From Albugo candida (Eukaryota): a stretch of DNA of 63,974 nt. Below, one piece after another: positions 38,650 to 49,092 of the stretch. Below the pieces are notes generated by a model. That model was not told where the DNA came from. It did no database searches and was given only the letters and a program-made list of their open reading frames with translations. The stretch spans positions 310,027 to 374,000 of the forward strand of contig JBDOQK010000025.1 of assembly GCA_040437565.1 (NCBI GenBank). Direction: 5' to 3'. The translations under genes and the position numbers were made by a program. Numbering within the stretch: position 1 is the first letter of the stretch; each line of letters begins with the position of its first letter.

Positions 38650-39510
38650 TCATCTTAAGTACCTGTGTTGAATTTTTGATGCGATAATTGAAAGCCCGTG
38701 TACTTATTCATCAAATCTCGTAGACTGATCCCCACTCCTTCATATGGTTTTTCACGGGCATTAGCCTTCATAATGTATACTGTGTATAAGCGGCACCTTC
38801 AAAAATGGTATGCGGTTTGCCACATCTCGCAACATGTTTAGAAGCAGCACGTAACCAGAAAATTTTTGTGCAAGCTCGGAACCACTCGAGAACTCCTTGA
38901 AATTTTTATTGCATCTATAAAGCTTCCACTTTTGTGACTGTTTTTAGCTACCACCATGGGATGTTGCCCAACCACAAAGTACAATTGATGCCTTTTGAAT
39001 GCGTTGTGAATAATAATGTATATATTCATCTGTTATCAATTTGTGTTCACAAAATGCACTGTAAAATGGGAGCTTATTGTAAGGAAATAATCGTCATGGC
39101 AGCGTTCCGTATTCTGGCATTTGTGAAGCTTTTTTGCAAAGAGGCAGATCCGAGAATGTTGGTTACACCCAGCACGTAAACCACGGCACGTTTAAGTAAT
39201 CTACGCTGAAACTCTCTTAACACACGTCATTCCATTTCCGGTCCTCGCAACCCTTACAACCCTTCTTGTCAAAGTAATTGCCTGCAAAGACAGTCAAGTC
39301 GATTTTGTATCTAAAATTTTTTACAAATTCACCTAGGATGGCATGAAATTCATTTCTTTTCTCTGAACCTGTACCGGCAACTTCCAAAAAAAAGTATCTC
39401 CTAGACATTTCCAGGAATTTCTAATTCTCCTTCACGAATGGGATGCTTTAGTGGTACACTCACAGTAGATTCGACTAAAAAATACGAAAACATTTTCAGC
39501 CATTTCAGCC
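38650..39510 (-). pseudogene. PAP-like pseudogene
   Basis: FHAILGE..IDLTVFAGNYFDKKG..EDRKW, LNVPWFYVLG, VVGQHPM; multiple stops and frameshifts. Confidence 0.8.
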
Positions 39511-41234
39511 GTCTGCAAGCTGATATTGACATCACTAGCTTCTCCATCTTGTTGGACTACGAACAGCGGCGTAAATTTGCAGAATGACGGAAAGCTCTTG
39601 ATCTTACAACTTATCTCAGACTTGTTGACAGGCTGTGATTGCTTCTACAATCAGTCGGGTTATTTTGTGACGCTGGGTTTGTGTAGTATATTCTAGCAAT
39701 GTGACGACATGTGGATAGCTAATCGCTATAGTTGCGATGACACGGAATGGTTGTGAAGAACTGGAAGTAGGTATTCGTAGAATACNNNNNNNNNNNNNNN
39801 NNNNNNNNNNNNNNNNNNNNNNNNNNNNNNNNNNNNNNNNNNNNNNNNNNNNNNNNNNNNNNNNNNNNNNNNNNNNNNNNNNNNNCAATCAGTCGGGTTA
39901 TTTTGTGACGCTGGGCTTGTGTAGTATATTCTAGCAATGTGACGACATGTGGATAGATAATCGCTATAGTTGCGATGACACGGAATGGTTGTGAAGAACT
40001 GGAAGTAGGTATTCGTAGAATACAAGGACGACTATGCTGAGGTGTGTTGTCAGCTGTCCAGAATTCGACAGAACCACCGAAAATTTTTGCTATGCTAAGC
40101 ACAGGAAGTTGAATGAAATGCATTGTATTTGTCCTACAATGTGGTGATGTCATTAAACTCCTAGAATTTTGATGTTAGATGCGCTAATATTGGTTAACGT
40201 GCCCCGTTCGCTCGCGTCAGTGATCAACGCCGAAACTGACTCAACTCACCATCCATGAGATTCCGCTATTTCAATGGCGTAATTTGTATGGGCAATCTGT
40301 AGGTAAAGTGATTTTCTTTCCATATATTCGAGGCGATAGTATGACTCGTAATGTAACTCTTTTTTGCTTAAAAAAGTATTCTGGCTGCACCTTGAACCTC
40401 CACTTGAGGCTTGTACCGCTTCCTTCTCAACATATAGACGATTTAGACAATTCAGAGCTATGGGATGTTGACTTCTACAGATATAATACTGTCCCTTTAG
40501 GCACCCCACAAATATCGAAGCAGGGGTTACTGAAAATATGGAATGCTCAATGCGTATTTGAAGTATCTTACATTTCTAGAGCTATCAAACTGTATTGAGC
40601 CATGTACGCGGCCGAGCACAATCTTGCATCGAAAGCCCCTGTTATCGTCTAGCATAAGTGCTCAGCTTCCACTTATCATGTAGTAAAGGGATCTAGAACA
40701 CTAATTAAAGAAGCACGCCATCATCGAGACGCTCATGACATCCAATGCGTATTGATTTTCCATTGCCTGGTTTTACTCAGTTCAATCTACTTTGATGATG
40801 CTGGCAAATTTATGCAGTTATGCGAGTAGCTCCATTGATGTTATTCGACGGCATTAGTGCTCTATATGTATTTGAATGGATATCCTCACTCTGCTTAGTG
40901 CGATTGTACTGGAACCCAAGGTTAAGAATATCATCAAGGCATACTTCGAATAGGAAGGGACGTGAATAATCCCAATAGCAAGCCATGATACTCTTGGCGG
41001 GTGCACATTACACACGTACAAACTGTCTTACACAATTAACCTAGTGATTGGGGTGGAATGAAGCAAGAATCAAGGCGTCAAAGCATCATGGGGCTAGACA
41101 TCATAATTCAGCAATGAATGCAAAGATCGTATTAATTGAGACGTCTCTATTCAGACCCAGAACGTTCCGCAAATAGGATGGATAATGGCTCGAGGCATTG
41201 ACTCAGTCCAAGTACCCCCTTCCTCTCGACCGTT

Positions 41235-42208
41235 TTACCATATAAAAAATTTCACCTGTTGCGTAAATGTCTCCGTATTAACAACGATCAGCGCGAAGCC
41301 GTTTAAATTTTCAACATTCTGCTCAAAAAGGTGTTGTCCAGCGGACAGGATGTCGTTGTAAGTCGTCGGGATGATACCGCCACCACTCGCAGATATAATA
41401 TGTGCTTTGTCATCTTTCTCAAAATGTTGTAAAGTGAGGAGATGGCCACATATGTACGTTGGAAATATTTTTTTGTGGATTTCTTGGACCAGTACGAACT
41501 CCCTTGAAGCCCGCCTTGGGGGTGTACAGAGCCTCCAATTTTTTTCGCTGCCGTCATGGGATGATGCCCAACCACAATGTGAGGTTTATCCGTTTCGATC
41601 GTGTCGAGTACTTTATGGAAATGTCGCGAACAAACATTTGTGTTAGTGAAGAAAATTCGGAATCGTTTGTTTATCCTAAGTAGATAAGATTCACTAGGCG
41701 TGACCCAATACTTGAACAGTGAATCCACGCCTTCGTGTTTGTATGAATCATACTGCACAGGCAACCATCCCTTCATCTCATTTTCACCCAGAACAGAAAA
41801 CCACTGGACGTCCAGCATCTTCACATTCAGACGTTCGAACCAGTTAGTTATCCATTTGTCGTCTCTATAACTGCGTGGTCCGCTTTCCTCAAATTGGTTG
41901 CCTGTCATGACAGCAAAGTCGATAAAATGCTTCATCTCTCCAAGCTTGACTTTGAGCGCTTTATAAAATCCGTTCATTACCGGAATACCTGTGCTACCCA
42001 GAACAATAAAATTTACTTCATTATTGGGTCTCCCGATATCTATGTTTACATGACGAATGGCATCCCCCACCCATTTTATAGGCAACACAGTGAGGCTGAT
42101 TGCATGATGGGGATCATTGTATGTTATTTGTCTTGGCTCATTATTACCCGAGTGAACACTCTGGATATACACCAACAGAAATGAGATAGATATCAATAGC
42201 GGCTTCAT
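41235..42208 (-). CDS. Secreted PAP-like copy with one frameshift
   Basis: Signal peptide MKPLLISISFLLVYIQSVHS, then FIVLGSTG, MTGNQF, WFSVLGENE, VVGHHP. The C-terminal FPTYICGHL..ASGGG..NGFALIVV..VKFF lies in another frame (shift between ~41545 and 41460, where A7 runs occur). Confidence 0.8.
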
Positions 42209-43456
42209 ACTTACTAAAGTATGTGAAGAGAGGCGAATTTCCGTATAAAAGGCTGGTCACAAAACTATATATCAATTCTTTAGAAGCTGTAATCGCTCAT
42301 CGATTTATATCGTTGTGATGTGATGGCATACAAATTACAAGTCGCTATTTCACGTCTTGGCAACTCTATCGATACCAAAACAAGTCTGCTGATGTGTGAT
42401 GCCATACCCTGTGCTAAAACAATCTCGTTATCGATGAGATCATTTCGTAGATTGCTAAAAAAAGGCATAAGAAATTGGACGCACGAATTCATTCTGAAGT
42501 GTGGTGACAATTATGACGCTTTCCGAATGTGATGCGATTTGATCTCACGTATTATGGTGAAACGAAGCGATTCGATGTGTTTGATGCTCTTTCACTGATA
42601 AACAGCGCCAAAAAAATTCAAGGAAGGGAGATTTGTCCGGGCGATGGCGACTGACGTTATTATTTGTTTGCTTGGCGATGCCCGTGTATGACGAGCGATA
42701 AAGTGAGACGTGGGCTGTCCTAGTGAATATCTTGATCGAATTGCCTGTCAATGTGAAGCAACTTTGATTCAGGATGAAGGAAATATAGAATCTTTCGACG
42801 AACTGACGTGTACTTACAGTAAAGTTGGCGTGCGTTTCCACATGATAGTTTTGATTGCGTGCGATGCTCTTCTAGTCAATGTATAAAAGTCCATCATTAT
42901 CGGACGATTAGGCGCTTTAATTTGGATGAGTGATTTCTCGCGTGGATGTGAATGCTCGCGATCGCTTCTTACACACGTACGTGACATCGATGTAAAACGC
43001 TATCTATCACTATGTGACAACAATCTCCTCCGGATTGGTGCTTCTAGTCTCTGGAGGACAACCGTTTTATCGTGAGAGTGGAAATCAGATTTCGATTTTA
43101 CCATTCTTCGTACAGTGTGGCAATTAAAAAGGGTGACATACAAAGAGGTTTTTCTCCGCAAGTTCTCACTCTTCTTCAGCTAGCATTGGGTGATTGTGAT
43201 GCTGCTTTGTAGCCTTGGGCGCGTCCCTGACTCATCTCATGCGTCAATGAACGTTTGTCTCTCGCCTCATAATGTTGATCAATTCAAAGAACAACTTGAC
43301 TTTAATGCGGTGATTACCGATCTTGCACTCGATCACGAAGGAATTAACGTATTGAGGTTCAGTACCTTATGTGAACGCTAGATTGGAAAAAGCAGCGAAG
43401 GCTCTCGGGCGCTTGTCACACGATAGAAAAAAACATAAAGATGGTAAGAAGTCCAT

Positions 43457-44647
43457 TCAATTAATTCCGAAAGAATGCTGTTCGTCGTGAGAATAAAGTC
43501 TTTGTCTGATTGGATCTTCCCAATGAAAAGCTCCATATCGATTGTACTCGAAAGTGAAAAATTCCACCTGCTTTGTGTCACTGTTCTTCATGATGGTTAT
43601 TTGTGCAAAGCCATATAATTTTTTATTGAACTGGTCCGTTGGTGTATTTCCACGACCATTTGATCCATTCATTGCAACTGCACTCTGAAAGTCGCTAAAA
43701 CGCCACGTGATCAAACCACCACTTGTCCCAACAACAATATGAGACCTTTTGTCTTCCTTCTTATGTTTCAATACGGGATCGTGGCCGCATATGTAAGTTT
43801 CGAAGTGCCTCGAGCGTAATGCTATAATGTTCGATCGGAGTAGAGACGTTCCGTCATGGTGCATCGGGTCGTCGATGGGGTGATGTCCGATCACAATCTC
43901 CGCAGCTTCGTTTGTAACACCGGAAAATACCCGGTCTATTGGTTTTGAAGCCTTTTTGTTTGTGTTCAGAAAAAATAGTCTGACCTGTCGGTCTATGATA
44001 AGAAAATAATTTTCACTGGGAGTGATCCAGTACTTGGACATCTCTTCCTTGCCTTTACATTTGTGAAGAGTATATTGCGCTGAAGGATTACCAAGCATGT
44101 CTTTATCACCCAAAACCGTGAACCACGGGACGTTTAATTCTTCCACTCTTAATCGCTCAAACCACACTTTCTCCCATTGCGGATCATTACAGTCCTGGAC
44201 TCCTCTATCGAGAAAGTTATTGCCCGTCATGACAATAAAGTCGATACTATCTTTTAGAGATACAAGCTTGTCTCCAATAGCTGCATGAAACCCGTCTATT
44301 CTCATGTTTTCATGATAATGTGCAATACCCGCATTACCCAGTACAATAAATCTCACCACACTTTTATCGTTTGCGCTTTTACTTGTCGTCATTTTAACTC
44401 GCCGATAAGGTAAGCTTTCGTCTTTCAGCGCTACCGTCACGCGAGATTTTCTAATGTCGCTACCTTTATGCAAGTGGAAGTCAACTGTTCGTTCTTCCAC
44501 ATCCTCATCCATCCCGACCCAGTGCTGTTTAGCTTTCATATATTCGAGACCTATTTTTCTCCTTGATTGGTATGGTGACCTCATGACGTTCCCACATTGA
44601 AAGTTGCAGCCTGAAGTGAGAAATATTAAAGTCCACCTTTTTACCAT
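43457..44647 (-). CDS. Intact PAP/TRAP-like metallophosphoesterase with degenerate metal ligands (~396 aa)
   Basis: ATG 44647 MVKRWTLIFL; RFIVLGNAG / MTGNNFL / VLGDKD / VIGHHP / CGHDP; close paralogue of 31317-32474. Confidence 0.88.
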   Translation of the reverse strand: MVKRWTLIFLTSGCNFQCGNVMRSPYQSRRKIGLEYMKAKQHWVGMDEDVEERTVDFHLHKGSDIRKSRVTVALKDESLPYRRVKMTTSKSANDKSVVRFIVLGNAGIAHYHENMRIDGFHAAIGDKLVSLKDSIDFIVMTGNNFLDRGVQDCNDPQWEKVWFERLRVEELNVPWFTVLGDKDMLGNPSAQYTLHKCKGKEEMSKYWITPSENYFLIIDRQVRLFFLNTNKKASKPIDRVFSGVTNEAAEIVIGHHPIDDPMHHDGTSLLRSNIIALRSRHFETYICGHDPVLKHKKEDKRSHIVVGTSGGLITWRFSDFQSAVAMNGSNGRGNTPTDQFNKKLYGFAQITIMKNSDTKQVEFFTFEYNRYGAFHWEDPIRQRLYSHDEQHSFGIN

Positions 44648-44673
44648 GCTTGCTAGTATGAGCACAGGGATGT

Positions 44674-44689
44674 AAATTTGAGAATGAGA
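44674..44689 (-). promoter_or_regulatory. Oomycete Inr+FPR core promoter
   Basis: TCTCATTCTCAAATTT on the minus strand, identical to 29015-29030; supports ATG 44647 as the start. Confidence 0.7.
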
Positions 44690-45593
44690 GATTGTTTGTT
44701 GATTTTGCAATTTTGACTGGTGTTGCACAGCCAAACAAAAAGCTTTCCTGCCCTACCGTTCATAGAAAGCTATTGCAACCATACAATTCTCCGTCCTACA
44801 GTTCAATAAAGTATATTAAGTATTACCAGGATTTTACGGGAAAACTCAATAATTTGATAAAGTGGATGAGATGATCGCCGATAGTTCGAGTATACAACTA
44901 GTTCTGCCAATTGATGCCTCTGACGAGATACCAGACGAATCGGTGGTCTGTACCTATAAAGTACCTGTGTACATATCAGCGATTCGAGGATGCGGCAGCA
45001 ACCAACGAAACTGAGTGCTTAAAGCCATTTAATCGAAAGAAAGACCGTAACATTGCCAATATACTACAAGTGATTTCATCTGATTTCTATCACTTAGAGA
45101 CGACGCAGCGCGCTGGTATTTGCCTGAAAAAAATGGCTGTGTGCTTTCGATGACGTGCGTCTAAACGAATAGGTCCCTGGAGTTAACCAAGGTGATGTGA
45201 CATTGACACAGATCTGGCAACCTCCTCTTCCTGACGTTCGTAAATATTGCCTCTTGTCAGCAGCACGACTTGTATAAATCTCTGTACGTATCACTCAATC
45301 TTTTTNNNNNNNNNNNNNNNNNNNNNNNNNNNNNNNNNNNNNNNNNNNNNNNNNNNNNNNNNNNNNNNNNNNNNNNNNNNNNNNNNNNNNNNNNNNNNNN
45401 NNNNNCCTGGAGTTAACCAAGGTGATGTGACATTGACACAGATCTGGCAACCTCCTCTTCCTGACGTTCGTAAATATTGCCTCTTGTCAGCAGCACGACT
45501 TGTATAAATCTCTGTACGTATCACTCAATCTTTTTCCGTCAAATGATTATATAGCAATGAGAGGCACACTATCAGCTTCAACGCTATCAGAAC

Positions 45594-45724
45594 ATGTTCT
45601 TCGTAGTACTGCTTCTCCAAAAATTCATCCGTTTCAACGAGGTTCAAGCCGTCGAATATGGGTATGATGAATACCGTCGTTTCCGCACATTGAACCGCGA
45701 GATTAGTCGGTATGGAATGCTCAA
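45594..45724 (+). CDS. Possible N-terminus of a secreted protein, running into a gap
   Basis: MFFVVLLLQKFIRFNEVQA followed by VEYGYDEYRRFRTLNRE; only 43 codons visible. Confidence 0.25.
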
Positions 45725-45824
45725 NNNNNNNNNNNNNNNNNNNNNNNNNNNNNNNNNNNNNNNNNNNNNNNNNNNNNNNNNNNNNNNNNNNNNNNNNNNN
45801 NNNNNNNNNNNNNNNNNNNNNNNN

Positions 45825-46201
45825 AGTTGAATCTGCACAGTCCCGGATGCGTCAGCATATATGTACATTCCGCTCTCGGTTCGATCTTTGGGATATATTG
45901 CCCCAGGTATGGGTTGATGCCCTATCACAATTTGTGAGTCGACTAGTCCCGATACGTGGGATTCGTCGTATCTTGCATATCTGTGTTGAAAAAAAGTATC
46001 TTGGTCTCAGACCGCGAGTTCAATTCCGACTTTGAGTTCGAGTTCGACTTCGACTTCAACATTGACTCCGACTTCGGATTTATGGAGAGGAAATAGTTCC
46101 CACTAGGAGTTGGGCGAAACTTGGCCATAGGATCGATACTTGAATACGTGTCAAAAGTATGCTGCAGGAAGGCAGCATTGTTCTCGTCCTTCATATCCAG
46201 G
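45825..46201 (-). CDS. PAP-like copy, central fragment (same sequence as the 22983 copy)
   Basis: LDMKDENNAAF..TPSGNYFLSI, Ser-x insert, ILFFNT, then IGHQPI. An in-frame stop at 45943 suggests decay. Confidence 0.65.
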
Positions 46202-46301
46202 NNNNNNNNNNNNNNNNNNNNNNNNNNNNNNNNNNNNNNNNNNNNNNNNNNNNNNNNNNNNNNNNNNNNNNNNNNNNNNNNNNNNNNNNNNNNNNNNNNN
46301 N

Positions 46302-46463
46302 TTTGAATGGCTATTATTCCAATTCCATTGCCCGCTATGTCGTTCACGAGTCGGTCCCAAAGCTGTCAAGAGCTATTGTTGTGCGAAGAAGAGCATTCAG
46401 TGGTGGCTCGGTGACTTTGAGCAAGATCCTCTAGAAGAAGTAGGCTCTGTCAAAACTTGCTGA
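46302..46463 (+). CDS. 3' end of a RING-H2 (PX-RING family) gene
   Basis: FEWLLFQFHCPLCRSRVG..GSVKTC*. Confidence 0.7.
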   Translation, partial: FEWLLFQFHCPLCRSRVGPKAVKSYCCAKKSIQWWLGDFEQDPLEEVGSVKTC

Positions 46464-46522
46464 TCCATAATTTAAGTATACTATTTATTATATCGAATTG
46501 CATTGTCCACTCATTTTGATAT

Positions 46523-48038
46523 ATGACCATAAAGCGAGCGCTAAAGCTTCAGGAAAATCTCGTCGCACTGTGTCGGCGACGAGGATTTATATTCCCGGGC
46601 TCCGATTTGTATGGTGGGCTGGCCAATACGTTCGATTACGGTCCATTAGGAACTTTGATGAAGAATAACATACAAAGTTGCTGGTCTCGCGAATTTATCC
46701 AAAAGCGATTGAATTGTTTTGCATTTGATTCGTCGATTCTGTTGCATCCAGACGGTTTTTTTCTCATTGATGTAAAGGAAACGGATTTCTTACGTGTTGT
46801 GACCCACAGTTTGGAAAGCTTCTGGGCATGTTGATTGCTTCACCGACCCTATGAGCGTCTGTGTCGAATGCAACGCGCGAATACGTGTCGATCAATTGCT
46901 ATCTCAAAAACTTGGACGTGAATGGAACACACCGCTAGATGTCACCGAATATGACACTGCGCTCAAGACACACAACATCGCATGTCCCGGATGTGCCAAA
47001 ACCCATTGCTTTCAGCGTACCAAACATTTTAATCTCCTGTTTCGTACCAATATGGGTGCCACCGATGAGACAAGGTACGTTCCCTCATGTCCCTCGTACC
47101 ACTAGCGTCCCAAAAGCATTACGTAGCGAATGGATCAATTTGCGGCCAGAAACAGCACAAGGCGCTTATATCAATTTCTCGAATGTACAGAGTGCTATGC
47201 GTGCCAAACTTCCATTTGGAATAGGGCAAATTGGCAAAAGTTTTCGGAATGAGATTTCCCCCGGTCAATTTCTCTTTCGAACGCGCGAATTCGAGCAAAT
47301 GGAGCTACAGTTTTTTACCTTTCCGAGCGATTCCGATGAATGGATGCAGTACTGGATAAAAGAGTGTATGCATTTTCTAACGACGCATGGAATCAGTCAA
47401 GATAATATTCGATTGCGCGTACACGAGCAAGAAGAATTGGCACATTACGCGCGAGCCACAAGTGATATTGAGTTTCATTATCCATTTGGATGGAAAGAGC
47501 TTTGGGGGATAGCTAATCGCACAGACAGTGATCTAATTAAGCACATGCGAGCTAGTGGGAAGAATTTGCATTACTTTGATCCAATCACACACAAAGAAGT
47601 CCTTCCGCATATCATTGAGCCAGCATTAGGTCTGGGCCGTCTCATGCTGGCCATGCTTGTGGATGCATACCAGGAAGAAATCGTATTGGGACGGAAACGC
47701 ACTGTTTTGCGTTTGCATGAAGATATCGCGCCATATCGATTGGCTGTACTTCCTCTCGTCAATAAGGACGCGCTAATCAATTTCTCAGAGATTTATTCAA
47801 GACATTAGCGACAAAACTCTGTGTGGATTATGATACTTCTGGGAGTATTGGTCGCCGATATCGCCGTCAGGACGAGATTGGGACACCACTTTGCATCACA
47901 ATTGATTTTGAGACGTTGGACGACAACCGTGTTACAGTGCGAGATCGCGATTCAATGGAGCAAAAGCGAATTTCTATTGACAATTTATTGGCATCGGCCG
48001 GTGTGAAGCAATTGCCATTAAGTTTCAAAGCTTTTTAG
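46523..48038 (+). CDS. glyS: Glycyl-tRNA synthetase, alpha2 class IIa, short bacterial-like form (probably organellar)
   Basis: [74 protein letters not shown]. Introns at ~46755-46809 and ~47074-47126; apparent 1-nt frameshift near 47789. Confidence 0.95.
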
Positions 48039-48074
48039 AAAGTACGATATTACTGCGATGAAATGCTAGGAGAT

Positions 48075-49004
48075 TTATCTCATTGTCTTTGCTAAGTGCG
48101 ATTTTGGCAAGCGGAATCGGGTGTTTACTTCGGCATTCATGGCGTTGTAAGCTGGAATGGTGTCGGCGCGCTCACAATATGCGGATTGAGGAAGAATGTA
48201 CGCATGGCATTGAATCAGACTGTCAGAGTTGGGTGTGGGCGAGACCAGCGATACATCTGGAGCGCGTTTTGAGTCCGCCAATTCACGCAATGAGGAATCC
48301 CAAAGCTCTTCTCGAAATTGTACCCCAATCAGAAATGGTATCAGATCTGATTTTATACTTTGCATTTCATTTTTCGCCATGAGAACACGGAGAACGCCAT
48401 AAGCAAATATATAAATATGCGCGTCGTACAAGTTGCTATGTAAGTCGATCCGAGGAGTTCGTTTCAAAAGCGCTTTTGTGATCCGAAATTTCTCTGTCAA
48501 TTGGATCGCTTGTGAGTGAAATATGACGCGATTTGAATCGGATAATCCGATACAATCGACCATATCTTTTTCTCTCCTATTTTTGTGTGTTTGAGGCTGG
48601 TACATCATTGTGACAGTCGCATTATTAATGCGATGTGTATCCGCGAGATGATGCAGCGTTCCATCGGTGATGAGATCGCCCGCAATGACGATAAAATCAC
48701 GGTCAATCTTGTTGGATATCGCGCGAATAGCGTCTGCTGTGTCCATTCCGTTTTCCACTTGACATATGACCGGCATTATAGCGCCCACATAGTCACAAGT
48801 AAGGTACTTTTCTATTGGCGGTACCATTTCCGCAACAGCTACAATCAAAACCTCACCAAAACGAGCATTTTCAAGCAGTTGTAATTGATACCATAACAGC
48901 GGTTTACCATTGACATGAAGCAGGCATTTCGGTTGGGCATCCGTCAACGGATACAGCCGAATTCCGCTTCCACCCGCTAGAATGATTGCCTGGAATTCTG
49001 CCAT
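48075..49004 (-). CDS. EIF2B3: Translation initiation factor eIF2B gamma-like (nucleotidyltransferase-like domain only)
   Basis: EFQAIILAGG.G.RLYPL..PKCLL.V..KPL, TADAIR, DFIVIAGDLIT, L.DAHIYIF, SIKSDLIPFL. Confidence 0.8.
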   Translation of the reverse strand: MAEFQAIILAGGSGIRLYPLTDAQPKCLLHVNGKPLLWYQLQLLENARFGEVLIVAVAEMVPPIEKYLTCDYVGAIMPVICQVENGMDTADAIRAISNKIDRDFIVIAGDLITDGTLHHLADTHRINNATVTMMYQPQTHKNRREKDMVDCIGLSDSNRVIFHSQAIQLTEKFRITKALLKRTPRIDLHSNLYDAHIYIFAYGVLRVLMAKNEMQSIKSDLIPFLIGVQFREELWDSSLRELADSKRAPDVSLVSPTPNSDSLIQCHAYILPQSAYCERADTIPAYNAMNAEVNTRFRLPKSHLAKTMR

Positions 49005-49092
49005 CAAATCTGCACGAATCCGCCTTCCGTATTGGTTTAAAAAGCATATATTACGAACAGATTATATATCACATTCTAACTATAACTAGATA

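Noticed and set aside
9492-44647. Glideosome-like cluster (myosin, GAP50-like proteins, NMT)
   Set aside because: The PAP copies lack a C-terminal membrane anchor, the myosin has a long IQ/coiled-coil tail unlike MyoA, and many unrelated genes intervene.
45594-45724. RRFR as an RxLR effector motif
   Set aside because: Non-canonical, no dEER, truncated by a gap.
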